Source: Octopus vulgaris
Taxonomy: Eukaryota
Direction: 5' to 3'
DNA: 64,000 nt
Assembly: GCA_951406725.2 (NCBI GenBank)
Contig: OX597816.1
Location: 91,016,001-91,080,000 of the forward strand
Each line of letters begins with the position of its first letter. Positions within the stretch are counted from its first letter, which is position 1. Under the pieces are notes generated by a model. The model searched no databases. It saw only the letters and a list, made by a program, of their open reading frames with translations, and was not told the DNA's origin. Below are positions 1-12,266 of this stretch, in pieces. A program made the translations under genes and the position numbers.

Positions 1-290
1 TGAAGAAGAAAGAAGACATGCACCCAACACCAGAGCTGAAGACACCTCCGAAAGGGGGTGGCACATCAAAACGGTAGAGGAGTAGGAGCCGAAACCGGAT
101 GTGGTTCCTCCTGATGATGTCTTGAGCTAACTGGATCCTATAAAAGAGCTGTTGTGGTAGCAGACCACGAAACACGGTTGTAATTCCTCAGTACCAGTTA
201 CACACTGAGGTCGATGTAAGCGACTTAATCCCTTTGTCTGTCCTTGTTTGTCCCTTCTATGTTTAGCCCCTGTGGGCAATAAAGAAATAA
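1..290 (+). mobile_element. 3' end of a Tx1/L1-like retroelement (window-truncated)
   Basis: Ends in GTCCCTTCTATGTTTAGCCCCTGTGGGCAATAAAG, resembling the tails at 36981-37017 and 48078-48115; the 48 kb tail follows a Tx1-like ORF2 C-terminus. Confidence 0.5.
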
Positions 291-595
291 ATATTTGGTA
301 CACTTGGTTTTGTAAGTAAATGCCTAAGTGACAATCTGGATAAGTTACGGTTCTCAGAATGAGAAACCAGCCGGTTAATTTGTACATTACAAATAAAATC
401 TGTAAATGGAACAGTAAAAATATGCAAAACTTTTTTGTGAAAATATGTCTTTTCAAATCTAAAATGGGAATTTGTTTTTGTTATCTAAATTCCAAGGATG
501 GAGGTTTGTATCTTTATTAAAAACCAGCTTCTTCCTCAGAGGAAGATTTCAAATAATAAAAAAAAAGAATAGACCATACATGTATATTTTTTATA

Positions 596-1847
596 TTGGG
601 TTGAGGAATAATTAATGAGCATTTTTATCAAAAGTTAAAAATACACGCAGAAATATAACGCATTGGCAAAATGTTTTGTGTCATTTAAAAGAAAATTTTT
701 GCTCTACAAGATAGTGTGTTTTGACTTTGTAATTTTATTGATTTTTGTGTATTTTCAGATCAAGTGGACAAAACTGAGCATTTTCGACACCATTTGCTTT
801 TTGCATTTAGTCGAGGTGTTAAAGCCACCGAAGCTGCCCGTGAGATTTGTACTGTTTATAGAGAAGGAGCAATGCCTCAAAGTACCGCCCGCCGTTGGTT
901 TTCGCACGTCAAAAATGGGATTTTTGACCTCAAGGAAGGATCACACACCAGTCGACGAATTGAGTTCGGTGAAGAACGATTGAATCAACTTCTTCACGAA
1001 AATCCACATCAAACGACCAGAGAATTGGCAGAGCAGATGGATTGAGATAAAAAAAAAAAAACTGTGATGAACCACCTTCACTCAATGGGCAAGGTTCAGA
1101 AACTCGGCGCTTGAGTAAAAATAACAAAAGTCAACGCTCCACAATCGCCATCAGTTTGCTCGCTCGACATCGCACAACACATGGTCACAAAGAGCGTTTT
1201 CTTTACTGCATTGTCACTGGCGATGAAAGATTGTGCCTTTACGTCAATATGAAGCAGCGAAAAGAATGGCTCAGTCGTGATAAACAAGTGACTCCGCGAG
1301 CAAAACAAGACCTTCATCCTCGAAAGACCATGTTGTGTGTATGGTTGTATTGGGAAGGCATAATTCATTACGAACTGCTTGAGTGCAACCAAACGCTCAA
1401 TGCAGATCTTTACGTTCAACAACTGCATCAACTCAACGAAGCAATTCAGCAAAAATGACCGAAATGGCGTTCTTCTGCAACACGACAATGCCCGTCCTCA
1501 CATCGCCAATATGACCAAAGGCGCGATTCGAGAACTCGAATGGGAAGTGCTGCCTCATACTCCATACTCTCCAGATATGGCGCCGTCAGACTTTCATCTC
1601 TTTCGACTGCTTTCAAGCACTTTACGCAGTGTATCGTTCAATAATGACGTGGAATTGAGGGCTTGGTTGGACGAATTCTTTGAGTCAAGACCGGGAGATT
1701 TCTATCACCGAGGCATCGAAAAACTTATTCAACGATGGGATGAAGTCGTAAACAGCGACGGAGAGTATATTATTGATTAATTTGTTGTAGTTGTTTTTGT
1801 TTAAAATATATTTGAAAAATATGCTCATAAATTATTCCTCAACCTAA
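596..1847 (+). mobile_element. Full-length decayed mariner (DD34D) transposon
   Basis: TIRs TTGGGTTGAGGAATAATTAATGAGCAT / ATGCTCATAAATTATTCCTCAACCTAA with TA on the left and CA on the right. Transposase is split over ORFs 764-1045, 1111-1458 and 1379-1780 with motifs IVTGDE, HDNARPH and [13 protein letters not shown]. Confidence 0.95.
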
Positions 1848-1849
1848 CA

Positions 1850-2409
1850 GCAGAACTCAAAGCAATTCAAAGAAGCTACACAAAGAAGATCGTCTCAATG
1901 CAAAATATCAGCTACTGGGAAAGACTGAAAGTATTAAACCTCTTCTCCCTAGAGCGAAGGCGAGAGAGATATGCGGTGATATACATCTGGAAAATCCTGG
2001 AGGGTCTTGTCCCAAACTTTGGCATTCAAAGTTACCCCAACCGCAGAACGGGGCGCCACTGCATGGTGCCAAAGATTCCAACATCACCATCAAAATACAG
2101 GTCCAGATACTGCAACAGCTTGGGTTTCAGAGGACCAGAGCTCTTTAACATCGTCCCTAAATGCCTGAGAGACTTACATGGTGTGGATGTGGGTTTCTTT
2201 AAAAGTAAACTGGATCTCTTCTTGTCGGGGGTGCCAGATGAAGCTACCTCACGACAGGAGACACAGATGCGGGCAGCGGCATCGAACTCCCTTGTTGATC
2301 AAGTGCCACGTATCAGAGGTGGATTCACATATTAGTGTAGCTCATTCAGCGGTGGTGCCCCAGCGTGGCCGCGGCCTTCGGGCTAAAACATTTTTAAGGA
2401 TTTAAGGAA
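1850..2409 (+). mobile_element. 5'-truncated CR1/L2-superfamily LINE, ORF2 C-terminus and 3' UTR
   Basis: ORF 1898-2335 has SYWERLKVLNLFSLERRRERY, typical of CR1/L2 ORF2 C-termini; ends in a short TTTAAGGA repeat. Confidence 0.8.
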
Positions 2410-2776
2410 CCCAATAGGTTGTTAAAGCTAAAAATAGCAAAAAAAAAAAAAAAAACGAAAGAAAATCACAAGCCAAAAAATAAAGGAAAGTAAAAAGACA
2501 TGTAGAAATGTTAGCAAAATATTTGAAGTAATAAAGAAAAAGAAGACTATTGACTGTAGAAACATATGAATAGAACATTTTAGATAGAAAAACTGCTAAA
2601 TATGTCAAATTTATAGTTTGATAATTACAAAAAGTTATTTAGCGCTAATTCATTTTCGTAGATAGAGAGATAGCTTGCTAGATAGATAGATATAAAAGTT
2701 CTTTGGTCTGGAAGAATTTATACACGACATACGCTCTCATTTCACAATAAATGACTTTGTAAGCAGACAGTACGAC

Positions 2777-3041
2777 TAGTGTCGTCTTAAAGCATCGGTA
2801 CATTGGGCAGTTGCTCGGGGCCCCACAAATCTATGGACCCGATTTTTATCTATGTATGTTGTGGCGTGCTATCAATAAATGAATGCTGCAGGGACCGCTG
2901 GATTGATTTGCTCGGGACCTCACGGGTTCAGAGTCCCAAATGCGATCCATGTATGTTGTGACTTGCTGTCAAATAAATAAATACTATAGGGCTAGGATAT
3001 TGATTCTGCCAGGGACCTATAATACTGCTAAGGCAGCTCTG
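2777..3041. mobile_element. hAT-like MITE with internal tandem duplication
   Basis: Degenerate TIRs TAGTGTCGTCTTA / TAAGGCAGCTCTG; 8-bp flanks AGTACGAC / AATACGAG (6/8 match); a ~95-bp unit containing TTGCTCGGG...ATGTATGTTGTG...AATAAAT occurs twice. Confidence 0.5.
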
Positions 3042-3057
3042 AATACGAGTTGTTATA

Positions 3058-3402
3058 TCTTTTATTGTTTTACTTGTTTCAATCATTAGACTGCGGTCAT
3101 GTTGGGGCACCGCTTTGAGGGACTTTAGTCGAACTAATCGGCTCCAATACTTATTTTCGTTTTAAGCTTTGTACTTTTTACCAAACCGTTAGGTTACGGG
3201 GACGTAAACACACCAACGCCGTTGGTGAAGCAGTGATGGGAGACGAACAGAGACACACACATATACATATACATATATATATACGTCGAGTTTCTTTCAA
3301 TAGTAAGTACATGACACTTGTTCAAGGTGCCGTGCGGTGGGACTGAACCCGGAACCATGTGGTTGGGAAACAAACTTCTTGCCATGCAGCCACGCCTGCC
3401 CC
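3058..3402 (-). mobile_element. tRNA-derived SINE with CR1/L2-type tail
   Basis: Minus-strand head has A-box-like TGGCTGCATGG and B-box-like GGTTCAGTCCC; tail GCGGTGCCCCAACATGACCGCAGTC...TGAAACAAGTAAAA. Same family recurs through the window. Confidence 0.8.
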
Positions 3403-3443
3403 ACACGCTTTCATTTTACGATAAACGATACATACACACATCC

Positions 3444-3850
3444 CTGCAGTTGTTATATCCAAATTAAAAGTCCAGGTTTATACCTGTAATTATTGGGGCC
3501 CTGGGATATGTAACTCACTGTTTAAATACCAATCTTGAGAAATCCGGCTTCTCAAAACCGGAAAGTTGATTTGAAGACTGCTGATCCAAGCCATCACCAG
3601 AAGTCTAAAAATCTGTAAAACTTTCTAGAAGTTTATCATTTAATCATATATGAGCATGTCCAGATATGCAAGTATATGCTTGAAAAGACATACGCAAAAC
3701 AAAACAAACAAATCTGCAGGTATACATACATACATACATACAAACAAAAATACCCCGTTGTTGTAGAAATTCTAATGAAGAAGCCTTGAATTTAGGTTAG
3801 AAACTGGGTCTTTCTCTATTGGCAAGAAATCTTGAAATAAAACTAATGAC
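3444..3850 (+). mobile_element. 3' fragment of an RLE-type (R4/Dong-like) non-LTR retroelement
   Basis: Degenerate frame reads LQLLYP...FIPVIIGALGYVTHC...KICKTF; PVIIGALG is typical of the restriction-like endonuclease C-terminus. Confidence 0.55.
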
Positions 3851-3903
3851 ATACATATACGCACACAAACCTTTATATATGTGTGCGTGTGTATATATAT
3901 ATA

Positions 3904-3944
<41 letters not shown>

Positions 3945-4165
3945 CTCTTTTCAACATAAACATAACGATAACTCATCTCAATATAAACATAACGACGTAA
4001 GAAATTTGAAAAGCTAAACGCGAAACCGGTCTTTCTTCTAAATTATGTCATTGTAAGAAAAAAAATTTATAATATTCTTCAGACATATTGACTCAAATAT
4101 ATATTTTTTAACCTTTTAAAACAAGCCTTCTGTAGTTTTTTTTTTTACTACTTTTTCTCTCTCTT

Positions 4166-4197
<32 letters not shown>

Positions 4198-4226
4198 TGT
4201 CCCATTTGTATATTTTTTTACTTTAC

Positions 4227-4298
<72 letters not shown>

Positions 4299-4849
4299 GC
4301 GCGCGCGCGCGTGTGCTTGTGTGTCTTTGTCACTTCAACATCACTTGACGAGTGATGCTGGTGTGTGTTTATGTCCCCGTAACCTTGCGATTTGGCATAA
4401 GGCACCGATAGAATAAGTACTAGGCTTACAAAGAATAAGTCCTGGGTTCGATTTCTTCGACTTAAGCCCTCTAAAGCGGTGCTCCAGCATGGCTGGAGTC
4501 AAAATAACTGAAACATGTAAAAAAAAAAGAGAATAAAAATACACAAACACACACACACAAATACACATAATGTGATATCATTCCACATGATTTCATTACC
4601 AGTTTCTTTCCTCTACACATTTTTTCTTTCTTACATTCTCATTATAAAATACGATTAACTTTCATTTCACACATACACACATGAGCAAGGCCAAAACAAT
4701 GCGAAGTAAATGCAAGGCAAATCATAAGAAAACAAATATGTGAATTAATGTATATATACATACATACATGCATACATACATAAACACACACATATATACC
4801 ACGGAGTGGGACTGAACCCGGAACCATGTATGCATGTATGTATAGTATA

Positions 4850-4886
<37 letters not shown>

Positions 4887-5574
4887 CATGCATAAAAATT
4901 TTGCAAACCAGATACAGAAACGAAGTGTATATACACACACACACACACATTTATATAAAGATAAACTCATTTTATACACATACACATATATATATAATGA
5001 ATGTATATATTTTAGTAGAGAGCATATTAATATTTACAAAGGAAAACTTGAGTGATGTCGAAGTTTCGTCTCGCTTGGCGTCATTATTTAATGTATCTCT
5101 TATTTAAAGGATATGATTTATTGTAGAATTGGCTGTTATTTCTAGCAGGTCAAGAGACCGCCTAGTGCTTTTACCTTTTATAACTCGAACTAGCGGGAAC
5201 ATTCTATGCGGTCGCATGGACTTCTAGAAATAGCAGCCGGATTTCTTTCAAATCATACCCTGCCGCTTTAAATAAAATAGAATAAAATAGAATACATTTG
5301 ATGATGCAGTCCCTGATATACAGACACCGAATGGTCACGGCTGGAAGGCTTTTAATCATAACGGCACGATCGGCGTAGACTACAAGTAATGTGGCTAAAT
5401 CAATTTTTTTTTATTCAGAAAACACAAACAATTGTATTTTAGTATTTATTGAATAAATAAAAAGTTTACCGTAAAAGTAATTAATTATAAATATTTACCG
5501 ACCGTTGTTAACAATGCAGGTGCTTTGTTGTGTCTGATCAGTTGTGATATAAACAAGTTTGAATCGAATATACT

Positions 5575-5641
5575 GTCATGTGACCTTGCTTTACCCCTCG
5601 TCCCCTAAACAAAGCACCACTGTGTGGAGCGTGCGCAGTGC
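5575..5641 (+). promoter_or_regulatory. Putative FBXL14 proximal promoter motifs (E-box/M-box GTCATGTGAC; GCGTGCGCA)
   Basis: Near-palindromic GTCATGTGAC at 5575-5584 and a CpG-containing GC-richer patch just upstream of the ORF; motif match only. Confidence 0.25.
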
Positions 5642-5716
5642 ACTACCACGAGAGTCGTAGGAGCGTAAATAAAACAAAGAGAGAAAGGGGAGGAATTACC
5701 ATTGTGAGGAGGCAGG

Positions 5717-7720
5717 ATGTTTGTTAACCTTTGCTTGGAGAAGTGGCACCACCACCACCACAGATGTATAATAAAAATGGAGTCCAATGAAATGGAAGAG
5801 AGCGACCAGTATAACAACAATAACACGACTACCTGTACGGTAAGCAGTCCTTTGCTTTTTAGAAATGGCAACACTCACTCAACAAATAGGCGAGAAGAAA
5901 ACAAAAGCAGTCCTTACAATCTATCGAATAACTCTAAGCTTTCTAGTCGAACCAATGTTGAAAGTAATTCTTATTCACAATGCGATCCTGAAATTCGAAC
6001 TGAATCTCGTCGTTGTTCTTCTGAAAGTATTCGACCATCATCTGCTTCTCTCCACCAAACATCACATTCTGAAGTACTTTTGCATCCTACCGGTAAAAGT
6101 AGCAGCAGCAGTAGTAGTAACTCGAAGCATCACAGCCACCGTAACCATCACCAATCTCTCTACAGTAGCCGTCACCATCATAGCCATCGTAAACACTACA
6201 GTCGTTACAAAAATAACCGTAGTCCTAACTATCAGACGTCTCAACAATTCGATGAAAACATCCAAATGATAACCAGCCACGGACGACGATCGACGGATAA
6301 CTACCTGTATAACAAAAGTAGTCGAAGTCATCACAATAATACAGTCACCAATAACACAAGTTGTTGCAGTAGTAGCAGTGATTGTGGCATTGGCGGCAAC
6401 TCCGTCAAGGTTTCTCCGAGACTTTCTTCCTCAGACTCTAATTCCAATGACAATAGTCCAAGCCCCAACTTATCTCCAGCACCTACTTCAGCCATAACAT
6501 CACCACTTCCGCCTCCGTCTCCCCCAACAAAGTCTGGAGAGCACGTCCATTGTTTGTTTCCCGAGTTATTGGTAATGATATTCTGCTATTTAGACGTGAG
6601 GAACAAAGGCCGTGTGGCCCAAGTATGTAGTCGCTGGCGGGATGCTGCCTATTCTCGCACTGTGTGGCGTGGAGTTGAAGCTAAAATTCATCTTCGTCGA
6701 TCAAACCCTTCTTTATTCCGTAGCCTTGCCAAACGTGGAATTCGCAGAATTCAAATTCTGAGCTTAAAACGAAGTCTCCGTGATGTTGTAGCCGGCATTC
6801 CAGACTTAGAAAGTCTTAACCTTAGTGGATGTTACAGTATCACCGATGCTGGTCTAGGCCAAGCACTTCTATACCGGTTGCCTTTGGTTAGTGAACTTAA
6901 TCTCAGCCTGTGCAAGCAGACAACAGACTACAGCCTCAGCCGGATTGCTATGTATCTAAAAAATTTAAAAGTATTACATTTAGGTGGTTGTTCTCTAATA
7001 ACGAATGCAGGTTTGTTTGTTATTTCCTATGGATTAGTCAACTTGCAATCACTTGATTTGAGAAGCTGTCGATATCTTTCAGATCAAGGGATTGCTTACT
7101 TGGCAGGACTTGGTAATGAGATAACTACACAAGGTAACTTAGCTCTTGAACATCTTTGTTTACAGGACTGTCAGAAACTTACGGACCAATCACTGCACTA
7201 TATGAGTCTTGGGTTGAAAAGTTTACTTAAAGTGAACCTTAGCTTTTGTGGTGGGGTCACTGACGCAGGACTGCAGTATTTGGCTAAAATGCCCAGCCTA
7301 CGTGAAATTAACCTTGCCAGCTGTGATTTAGTGACTGACACTGGACTTGCACATTTGGCACGTGGAGGCTCACATATAACATCTTTGGATGTGAGCTTTT
7401 GTGATAAAATTGGAGATGGAGGCTTGAGCCGTTTGGCTGAAGGACTCTTTAAACTCGAATGCCTCAGTTTGAGTGCATGCAACATCAGTGACACTGGTAT
7501 TAGCTATATTACACAGAATATGCATGGTTTAACCACATTAAATATTGGTCAGTGTCATCGTATTACCGATCGAGCACTGAATCTTATAGCAGACAATCTG
7601 AAAAAACTGTCAAGTATGGACCTCTATGGTTGCACACAAATATCTGCAAAAGGTCTTGAAAGGATTATGCAGTTACCGAGTTTATCCAGTTTAAATTTGG
7701 GTTTATGGCACAAACGGTGA
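5717..7720 (+). CDS. FBXL14: F-box/LRR-repeat protein 14 (Partner of paired, Ppa), single coding exon
   Basis: 667-aa open frame. F-box HVHCLFPELLVMIFCYLDVRNKGRVAQVCSRWRDAAY, then VWRGVEAKIHLRRSNPSLF and RGIRRIQILSLKRSL, multiple cysteine-containing LRRs and C-terminal LNLGLW, all characteristic of FBXL14/Ppa. Alternative in-frame start AAAATGG at 5777. Confidence 0.95.
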   Translation: MFVNLCLEKWHHHHHRCIIKMESNEMEESDQYNNNNTTTCTVSSPLLFRNGNTHSTNRREENKSSPYNLSNNSKLSSRTNVESNSYSQCDPEIRTESRRCSSESIRPSSASLHQTSHSEVLLHPTGKSSSSSSSNSKHHSHRNHHQSLYSSRHHHSHRKHYSRYKNNRSPNYQTSQQFDENIQMITSHGRRSTDNYLYNKSSRSHHNNTVTNNTSCCSSSSDCGIGGNSVKVSPRLSSSDSNSNDNSPSPNLSPAPTSAITSPLPPPSPPTKSGEHVHCLFPELLVMIFCYLDVRNKGRVAQVCSRWRDAAYSRTVWRGVEAKIHLRRSNPSLFRSLAKRGIRRIQILSLKRSLRDVVAGIPDLESLNLSGCYSITDAGLGQALLYRLPLVSELNLSLCKQTTDYSLSRIAMYLKNLKVLHLGGCSLITNAGLFVISYGLVNLQSLDLRSCRYLSDQGIAYLAGLGNEITTQGNLALEHLCLQDCQKLTDQSLHYMSLGLKSLLKVNLSFCGGVTDAGLQYLAKMPSLREINLASCDLVTDTGLAHLARGGSHITSLDVSFCDKIGDGGLSRLAEGLFKLECLSLSACNISDTGISYITQNMHGLTTLNIGQCHRITDRALNLIADNLKKLSSMDLYGCTQISAKGLERIMQLPSLSSLNLGLWHKR

Positions 7721-10489
7721 CACTAGGAATCAAGTTGATCTTTTGTCTTCAGTTTTATGCAGGTTAAATTTATCTCCTGTTTTGTATATTTCACTTGACC
7801 GAGTTTTACATGGAACACAAGATGTTGGCCTGTTCATATAAGAATATATTCTATGGAAGTTAGAAATACTGAAACCTGTCTTGCAGTTTGCTTGATTTCG
7901 ATTTACCTGAAACAACATTTTATATTCTTAGATCCAGAGTCATCTTAGGAACCAAGATTGCTGCAGAATATTTCTCAAAATAACAAAAAAGACATTTGGG
8001 GAATATATTGACTTATAAAATGTAAAACAAAGAAGAAAAAAAAAAGAAACATGGAAAAACCTAACTCTACAATCTATAATATTTATTATTTTGATCAGAA
8101 ATGTTTTATATTTTGCTTAGTTTCTTTATAAACAGTAAATGCATTTTGTTCTGTCATTTATTTAATTTTTTTAATTTAAAAAATTTTTTTTTGAGAAATG
8201 ATATTGAGAAGCAATAATATGGAAACAAGTTCAGCGGATTGGTAAAAATTCATATTGATTTGAATCATCACTTCAGAATTAAAAACAAAACTTGTTTGAA
8301 TATTAACAAAGAAGCTCTGTTGTTACGGCCTAGAATTTATTTCATCGGAAATAATATTTCAGTTATTTTTATGGTATGAAGGTAGCAAGTTGACCATACA
8401 CGACATATATCTCTTTTCATTTTAGACCATTCTACACTGTTGTGCTGTCTTCATTAGTGATGACAGTAAAGATCTAAAATAGGATTTTGTTTGATGTAAT
8501 GTGAATTTAGTGTAGTAGGTCAGCCACATATCAGTTTTGTGCCTGCATAGTTGGTCTGATAAAAGTGGCTGTAATTGTTCTGGTGAGTTGCATTTATATG
8601 ACCAATCACAAGTTGTCTTGAAGTTCCAGGTGCTATAAGGGTTGTAAAGCACACTGACCATGAGCTATTGTTTAGATTAGATCAGTTTTGAACTAGCAGA
8701 CCAGCTATCAAAGACATTCTAACCATGGCCATCATGCTTCTGATTCAGGTAGTTTATTGGTGCATGTGTGGCTGTGTAGTAAGAATAAGTACAAGTGTGA
8801 TAGTGTTATATGTCCTTTTTCTTATACTTTAGGGTATCATTTGAGAAGAGCTTTAGTTGCTATTTTTACAGGGTAGGCAACCACACATAGATTTCCTAAC
8901 AAGTGTATTTGAAATAAAATATTTTGGTTTTATTATTTAGGTTCTGAATAGATCAGTGAGAGCTGCATGTGGCTGAAAAATTAAGACTTGGTCAGGACTG
9001 TTTTATATTAAAAAATGGACTTGATATTGCCTGTGGGGCCTCAGTGTTGACAAAATTATTTGTCCTGATGGTTTGATTATACTGTTCTCTGGTGTATGAA
9101 TGATATCAATATATTGTGTGTGAATTGTGATCTCTTGGGGGAAAGTAATCTGATGAATTATTATTGAATGATATCTGTAGTATGTTGTATTTTTAGTGTT
9201 GCTTATGAGTTGTGTATCAGTGACTGATACACAGTCTATTGTTTGAACTGATCTAAGGATACAGAAGTATACAATCAAAAGCTTGGAGCTAGCCCACCTT
9301 GGCTATAAAACACTGCTGTCTGTTATGGAACATTATTCTCCAGGGAGCTATGTTTGTTACAGAAAACTATTTGGTCATCATCATCATTTATACATTCATT
9401 TATTCTTTGCTAGTATGAGTTGGATAAGTCTTCTTCAATACATCTCACTAACTGTTGCATTTCTTTATCATTTCCTTTGTGAAATTCAACATCCTGAGAT
9501 TAGCATTCTACCCATGTCTTCCTTAGTCTTCTGTCCCATAGTTTTCTTCTTGGAGGTCCTGGCATTTCTTTACCAATCTGTCATCAACTATATGCATTAC
9601 ATGTCCATACCAACACAGTCTCCTTTTTGGCACACTACATCTGATTTGTATTATAGCTAGTTTTCTCTCAGCTCATCCAAATCTACTTACAAAGATTTAT
9701 TCTCAGCTTACATATTTTTTTGATATTCGGTTGGAAGTGACTGAACACCCAAGATCTCTGAGAGTTGCTGCCTGACTGGCCCTCGTGCCAGTGGCATGTA
9801 AAAGCACCCACTACACTCTTGGAGTGGTTGGCGTTAGGAAGGGCATCCAGCTGTAGAAACTCTGCCAGATCAGATTGGAGCCTGGTGCAGCCATCTGGTT
9901 CGCCAGTCCTCAGTCAAATCGTCCAACTCATGCTAGCATGGAAAGCGAACGCTAAATGATGATGATGATATAGCAGCGCATAAAGTTCAGCCTTTACAGC
10001 TGAATAACTGTTTCAAGTTTTGGCATGGAGATAGGGTGTAAGTCAGTTACATCGATCCCAGTTGAGACTGGCACTTATTTTATTAACCTCAAAAGATGAA
10101 AGACAAAGTCAACCTTGGTAGAATTTGAACCCAGAAGAAAGCTGTTAAGCATTTTGTTTGGTATGCTAATGGTTCTACTAGCTGACCCTCTTGCAGCTAA
10201 ACAATGAGTATTTATGTGTGTAGGTATGTGGATCAATGTGTGTTTTTGTGTGTCTTCATTTCGACACCAATCGAGCAACAGTGAATATGTTTACATCTCT
10301 TGTAAACAATGCATTATGTAGCTCAGTGATTTTAATATGTGAAGACCAGTGGAAGAAAAGATACCTTACTTGAATAACAAGTAGAGTTGATAACATGAAG
10401 GGTAGCTGGCTGCAGAATACTGCCTCAATTAATCCTGTCCAACTCATGCAGATCTGGATATCAGATATAATGATGATGATAAATGGAAA

Positions 10490-10853
10490 CAAGCACCATT
10501 TGAGCATGATCCTTACCAGCATTGCCTTACTAGCACTTGTGATGGTGGCACGTAAAAAACATTCGAGCGAGGTCGTTGCCAGTGCCGCTGGATTGATTCC
10601 TGTGCAGGTGGCATGTAAAAGACATTTTGAGCGTGGCCGTTGCCAGTACCGCCTGACTGGCCCTCGTGCAAGTGGCACGTAAAAGCACCCACTACACTCT
10701 CGGAGTGGTTGGCGTTAGGAAGGGCATCCAGCTGTAGAAACTCTGCCAGATCAGATTGGAGCCTGGCGCAGCCATCTGGTTCGCCAGTCGTCAGTCAAAT
10801 CATTCAACCCATGCTAGCATGGAAAGCGGATGTTAAATGATGATGATAGTGAT
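10490..10853 (+). mobile_element. 5'-truncated RTE 3' UTR copy (related copies about 9765-9970 +, 18385-18820 +, 19025-19225 -, 22201-22600 -)
   Basis: TGGCACGTAAAAGCACC units, GTTAGGAAGGGCATCCAGC and a (GAT)n tail, matching the 3' UTR of the RTE fragment at 53688-54481. Confidence 0.75.
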
Positions 10854-12061
10854 GGTTACATGCTTTGTGATAAAGATTTTATCAGGTTAAGTTAGTAATA
10901 ACAATTATCTTTCATTTTAAATAGTCACCAACCTTACACACTTCATAAATTGATTAAGAGTAAATTTTTGTCCAAGTTAGTCTGATAAAATGATAGCCAT
11001 CAAACAACCAGATTTTTGTTTAAAGATATTTTTTCATTAGAATTTTAGTTGCACAAGACTGGATAGCAACAAGTCAGTGGCTGTTGTAATGACTCACTGG
11101 AAAAGCAGAAAAGTTTCTATTATCTAAACTACCATAGTTACTTGTGATAGCATAGCTGCTAAAGTTTCAGGGAAACAGAAAACTTTAGCAAACTCCTATC
11201 TCTGTTAGCTATAGAAAGCATTCTTTTCCATATGAAAAACAGCTTTTGTGGTATGTCCTAGAGATGTGCAATATGATAGTTAATGAAGAATTAGTTTGGC
11301 ATGTTCACTAAGATGGGTTGGATGTCTTATGTTAACTAGCATGAAATATTACAGAAACGATTTAAGAAATGGCCTCTGATGCATACTTATGTTAAAAGAA
11401 AACCCCCAGAATGAGAGATCTGAGGAATGGTGTAATGTATTTAACAAATGTCTTGCAAACAACTTGCACATACTGGAAGCCAGCAAGTGTATGGGGTCAT
11501 CAGGAGAGAATGCTCACTGTTTTGGGGGCCTACCTTTTGATGACATCAATGTGCGCTGCCCCCCCCTCACTGATATGAGGCTCCGCTTGCTAGATCAACG
11601 GGTTATTAAATATAGCTCCATATTTCTCTAGCCATTGCTCATCTTTTTAACCAAATCCAGTGGCTAACCTTCTCTGTAGTTTGGATATTGGTTTTGGTAG
11701 TATTTACCTTATGATGTGTTAGGCCTAATGATAACAACAGTCGTCTCACACTGTGTCCAACAAACCCTCTACATCCGACTTCAATTGCATCTTAACATTC
11801 CTCGAGGAGGTTTACTTAACGGTCAATCTTTTAAGCCCAAGTGGTGTCCATGTTAGCTTCATGAGTAACCGTTAACTTGACTACATTTACACATTTCTTT
11901 TCTTCACACATTAAAATGTCCGGTTTTTTCATAACTGGGATGGGAAAGAGTCCCTGGCACCCTGGTAAATCTGCAATCACTTCCCAATAGCCGTTCCACT
12001 TTTCATCTCTCATACACCTGTCCATTTGTAAATTCTTGGTATGTAGATGTTTAACTTTTAA

Positions 12062-12266
12062 TCCTTTAGCATTCACATTCTATCAAAAGTAATGTTTATT
12101 TATTCACATTGTTTTGAATTAATCATGCATTATTTTATAACTGAGATTTCAATGAGGTAACTTTTAATTTTTAAAATGATATGATAGGGTTAGAGTAAGA
12201 GGCCAGATCTGGCCATTTTGATCATGAAACAAATACAATATTTTGGCTGGTTTAAATGCTAAAGGG
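12062..12266. mobile_element. piggyBac-like MITE
   Basis: TTAA on both sides; TIR TCCTTTAGCATT / AATGCTAAAGGG. A related end occurs near 23323. Confidence 0.6.

Noticed and set aside
105-190. CTGATGA ... GAAAC ... GTA resembling a hammerhead
   Set aside because: Bases after CTGATGA do not pair with those before GAAA and no convincing stem I forms.
596-1847. SETMAR-like domesticated gene
   Set aside because: Transposase has stops and frameshifts, TIRs are intact and there is no SET domain.
3765-3815. CTAATGA-stem-GAAA-GTC motif in the R4-like 3' UTR
   Set aside because: Core has A in place of the essential G and the stem junctions are out of register.
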